A stretch of 64,000 nucleotides of DNA from the human T2T-CHM13v2.0 reference genome, Homo sapiens. The stretch lies in the NCBI RefSeq assembly GCF_009914755.1, contig NC_060926.1. The stretch is one strand, 5' to 3'. A program made the translations under genes and the position numbers. Under the pieces are notes generated by a model, which saw nothing but the letters and a program-made list of their open reading frames with translations, did no database searches and was not told the DNA's origin. This document shows positions 55,776 to 64,000 of the stretch, one piece after another (the first letter of the stretch is position 1; each line of letters starts with the position of its first letter).

Positions 55776-58700
55776 CTTAAAGACGAAACAGTTCTTCTAT
55801 TAGTAGGTATTCAGTTAATCAGAAATACCAATTTTTAGATGAATAATATTCAACACTTTCCTCCTTATATTATTATCTAAACAATTTTATTTGGGGGACC
55901 TTTTTTTTTTAAAGGAAAATTATTTTTCCCCTAATCCCATTAATGCCATACAATTGGTGGCACTCACATAAAAAGAAGTTTTTCACATTGTGTTTAGAAC
56001 CTTTGGGAAGGGAGCAAGAATTTGTATTTCTTATATTGCATTTCTCTCTAGTGTGTTATATTTAAATAAGTATGTTCCATTTTTTTCCTTCTATCTGGTC
56101 ATATATATGTTTGTATTTCAACAGCACTTCAGACATGTATTACATTTAAATAAGCAATTCAAAGCAGGACCAATTATTTATATGAGGATCCCTTAAAGAG
56201 CAGACAGTTACTTCCCCCATCCCTCTTTAGTGCTGTCTGTGTTGGGGAAATAGTGTAGCCTGAGTGGACTCCTCCTTCCCCTTTATTGCTTCTAAGATGC
56301 TTATTTTTCTAGAGCTCTACCAGAGTAGGGCTTGGGAACTTCAGCCATACCCGAGGCCTTTTCATTGAGACATAAATATCCAAGAGGATTCAGAGATATT
56401 AGCTGGCTTCAGAAAAGTGGTCACTTAATTCCAATACAGTCCCAAATTGCTGGGATCTCCCAGTGTTGTTTATACTTGAGTAAAAAACAAGGCTCTTTTC
56501 TTCCCTTCCTTAGGGGACCTTGGTTAGCCAAAGTCAAGAATGAGCTGTCAACAGTTTCCCAAAGGAAAACAATGTGAGGGTAAAGTGTGTACTGTCTGAG
56601 CGACTGTGGAAAAGAGTGGTAGGGGATGCCACTGAAGAAAGCTCCTAAATACTTGTTCCTATAGTGTCATAAACTAAGTGAGAGCTTTCTCACTTAACTG
56701 TTCATATAGTATTTGTTCATTGTACTAGGATGTTAAGGCCCTTGCACAGCACTGAATATTATAGATGATTCTAAAGGCAGATTTTCTCAAGTTACATTTG
56801 TAATTTTCATTAAGTAGAATGTAACATCCTTTGAATTTGAGTTCTGTAACTCTTGTATATTAAAGAAAAAATATATGGTTAAAGCAAGAAACTAACAACA
56901 ACAAAAACCAAGTTGATTTATAATGTTAATCACATCATTGGAGGGATATACTTTTCTTATCTTTTGTATAAATTAAGGGGCCCTTTTTAACTGAGATTCA
57001 GTTTTCCTGGGGGCTCTACTTAAACCCTAATGGTAAATTATTATATAGGTAAGGGAGAACTTTTCTTTTATTTCTGCTTTGTATTTCAGAATCAAGAAAT
57101 ACTCTATTTCACCAGAGGAATCCTTGCAAATACATTTTACTCCACTATGCAAAATCCTGTGGAACCAGTTTTTTATACATATTTTTAGCTGAAAGATCAA
57201 GGAAATGTGTCACAGTTGGGGACCTGTATCATAATTATCTCTGTAGGTTCTACAGCATCCAGCATGATGTCCAAAGTAGCGAGATTGGTCAGTAAATGCT
57301 TTTAAATGAACTCAAATCTTAAAATTTCAATTAATATTTTTCTTACATATAATGTATATTAAAAATAAGACATCTTCTGATGTCTCTACAGTTATAAACC
57401 TTAATTTAGATGCTTCCCATGGACCACTGCTTCTAATGCAACAAAGTAAGAATAAACACTGGAGTGGAAGGGACAATGTGTTAGTATTCTTGAAAAAGAG
57501 CCTAGTTGTATAACATTTGTTAAGGAAAACAAGCAAACCTGTATTTTTTGAGAAGAAAGAACAGAATTTTCATGTTATATTAACCACTAGAGGGAACCAC
57601 ATGAATAGAATAGATATTGACATTGCAAAGGAAAGCTAATTAAAAGATTTTTATTAGCATGTTAGAATTCAAAGAAAATCAATTTTATAGTTAAAGTAAA
57701 AACCCAATTCATGCAAAATCTAACAAAGATGCCTTCAAACAACTAGTGTGTTAGAGGGAGGCAGTGGGAGAATAATTGGGTTGATTTTTAAAACCAGTAA
57801 CATTATTACAATGGTAGATCTCATATATGCATTAAGAAACAATAAAAGTAAGTTAGGGTGATGTAGCACTTCTTCTTTGAAAGAGATCGAGTTCCTTCCA
57901 GAGAGAGTGGAAACTTACCACTTCCGTAAGTCTATTTAAGAAAAATTATTAGAGGCTAGAAGACATACTATTACTAATTTCTATATAACTCAAGCTACAT
58001 CTTAAATTAGTTTTAATTAAAATAAACTTCAGTTTAGGGTCAAAATAAACTTTTATGTTTTAGAATTCTTAATTCTTTATGCTCTGTAACTTAAAATGTA
58101 ATGTTAGGAGCTACAACAAGCCTGCTGGAGTCTAGAGTGACTCAGATTGCCTTAGTCTAAATAAAGAGCACTAATTACAAAGGAAGCCAGAATACAGGTT
58201 TTAAAAAGCTGACCCTTCAAAAGCAGCATTGGTCTCTTGTTCTCTTTATCTTTGCTACATTTTCCCCTAGTTATTTCTATAGTTCTTATACTTTCATTAT
58301 CTGTCTCAACAATAAATGTCTTTTGCTCTGAGTAAAACACCCTACTGAAAGTACAGCATCCAGTAGTATTTCACACCGGTTACACTAGACCCAATTCACT
58401 TTAGTCATCATTTAATTTAATTTACCACTTTTTACTTTGTTCTTTATTGATGCTCTAGATCTAATGACTATCAATCTTGTATTTTCTTCTTGGTTTCTCC
58501 TGATAGGAAAATGCCAAAGCAATTGGGGAAAAAAATACTGTTTTCTCTGAAATGAAGACTCCTCAAGATCCTGTTGCTGGAATGAGTATTGGACTCTTCG
58601 GTCTACTTCTACAGTCACCAGTACATCTGGCATACACTATGATGCCCAACAGTAGGAAGATGAAAGAAATGTAGATGTTGGCATTTCTAAAAGAGATGTT

Positions 58701-58974
58701 GTATCTTTTTTCCTACTTAATAGACTATTAGGCTATAAATCTCAATCTTGGCCAGCAAATGTGTTTGCCAGCTTTTCTTTATTCTTTTTAATTTTTTTGA
58801 GGATCAGCATGGAAAAACAATTTGCGCAAGGCTCAAGAAGATGAGATGGTCTTATAAACAGTAATTGAAATATGTATATTTTTTAAAAGTCTGTTTCAAA
58901 TTTCAAACCTTATTTTAAAAACTATGTGAAAGCCTCTTGTGAAACTCAACTGAAGTAGGCATGGCTGAGTCCAG

Positions 58975-59165
58975 AGGAGCAGTGTGGAGGATTAGAAAAA
59001 TAAACAGGCAGGAGTCAGACAGTCCTGGATTCAAATCCCACTTCTAGGCCTTAGAGAAATAATATAATAGTAGGGGATAATAATATTCACCCTGAAGAGT
59101 GCTGTAGGGATCATCAATATTTCATATAAAGCATGTCATATGGGCAGTGCTCAATGAATGGCAAT
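58975..59165 (+). mobile_element. MIR fragment
   Basis: 'ggagtcagacagtcctggattcaaatccca...gggataataatattcacc...gtgctcaatgaatggc'. Confidence 0.7.
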
Positions 59166-59208
59166 GCTTTTGCCCAGGTATAGAACTTCTTAGTATAAAA
59201 GTTTTGTC

Positions 59209-63158
<3,950 letters not shown>

Positions 63159-63300
63159 AAAAGTTTTGTCATCATATTTAGATTTGTGAACAGTATTTGT
63201 AAACATTAATTGTTTTTAAAAATTGTTTAGCCTATAGACAAGCACGTCGTTTAAAAATATTTTTCTATAAGCTATAACTGCTTGGTTGACAGCAGACATG

Positions 63301-63312
63301 CACGTGACGTCA
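63301..63312. promoter_or_regulatory. Overlapping E-box (CACGTG) and full CRE (TGACGTCA) motif
   Basis: cacgtgacgtca read directly; function not shown. Confidence 0.3.
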
Positions 63313-63544
63313 GCATTATTATCCTGATTTGATAGATGAGAAAACTAAATTGACCTGAAGTTAAGAGGATTATCCAGAATGTTGCATCTGGCGATAGTTA
63401 CTACTTCTAAACTCCTTTTAAAGACCTGTGATTTAGATACCATAAAATACCTGCCACCTGTGAAGAAACAGGATATAAAGTGCATTTTTATACAAAGAGT
63501 AACAGAAGTTGCAATACAGGACACTTTTGTGTTAGTAACTTTAC

Positions 63545-63650
63545 CATGTCGGGCAGCATCGTATTTTGACATGTTAACTCGCAGAAGGAAATTATTCAGG
63601 CTGTTGAGGTAAGCTGGAAGGGAGTGATAGCCTTCTGGATCATACCATAC
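63545..63650 (-). CDS. ABCA12: ABCA12 exon 39 (106 nt): VWYDPEGYHSLPAYLNSLNNFLLRVNMSKYDAARH(G), end of extracellular domain 2
   Basis: aatag|GTATGG acceptor, CATG|gtaaag donor; resembles the conserved ABCA VWFNNKGWH...LN..NN.ILR motif; phase 0 to 1. Confidence 0.95.
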
Positions 63651-64000
63651 CTATTAAATTCCAAAAGAAGGCAAGATCAATATTGCATTCAAATAAATTA
63701 GGCTGTCTTAACATCTGACAGCTATCTTATTTATATTTAAAATAAGAGCATCAATTTTCCAATAATTTATTTTATCTTGGAAGATTATGCACTGTTCTCT
63801 AGAGTACTGACCATAGGCCTATAAATTTCCAATTTAGAAACAGGCAGAAATTGGGAAGAGAGTTGTTCTGTGGATAGCACTAAATTATTAGTTATTCAGG
63901 ATCTCTTCTAGGCAAAGCTTGAAATAAACTGGAGAAATCATTATCTACATCCCTGTGGCAGATCCATGGGATTCTGAGACTAGAACTAAGGTATCCTGGC

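Overview
Primate (human) genomic DNA; the human-specific AluYa5 at 3498 supports human origin. The right ~36 kb holds the 3' part of ABCA12, the keratinocyte lipid ABC transporter mutated in harlequin ichthyosis, on the minus strand. I read 15 GT-AG coding exons that join in one continuous frame from VWYDPEGYH to DDQMES*, covering the end of ECD2, TMD2, NBD2 and the C-terminal regulatory region. They correspond to exons 39-53 if the known 53-exon model is counted back from the last exon. A ~1.1 kb 3'UTR follows, with two AATAAA signals. The left ~28 kb is downstream, repeat-rich DNA with no protein-coding gene I can support: Alus, L1s, L2/MIR, THE1/MLT/MER57 LTRs and DNA transposons. I found no new multi-gene system. 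The best leads are: an Alu whose target-site duplication copied the exon 51 splice donor; a non-canonical ABC signature (CSYGT) in NBD2; an L1 with an apparent 3' transduction; a young AluYa5; inverted Alu and L1 pairs bracketing exons; and up to five hairpin-perfecting template-switch scars. Repeat subfamily calls and boundaries are by eye and approximate.
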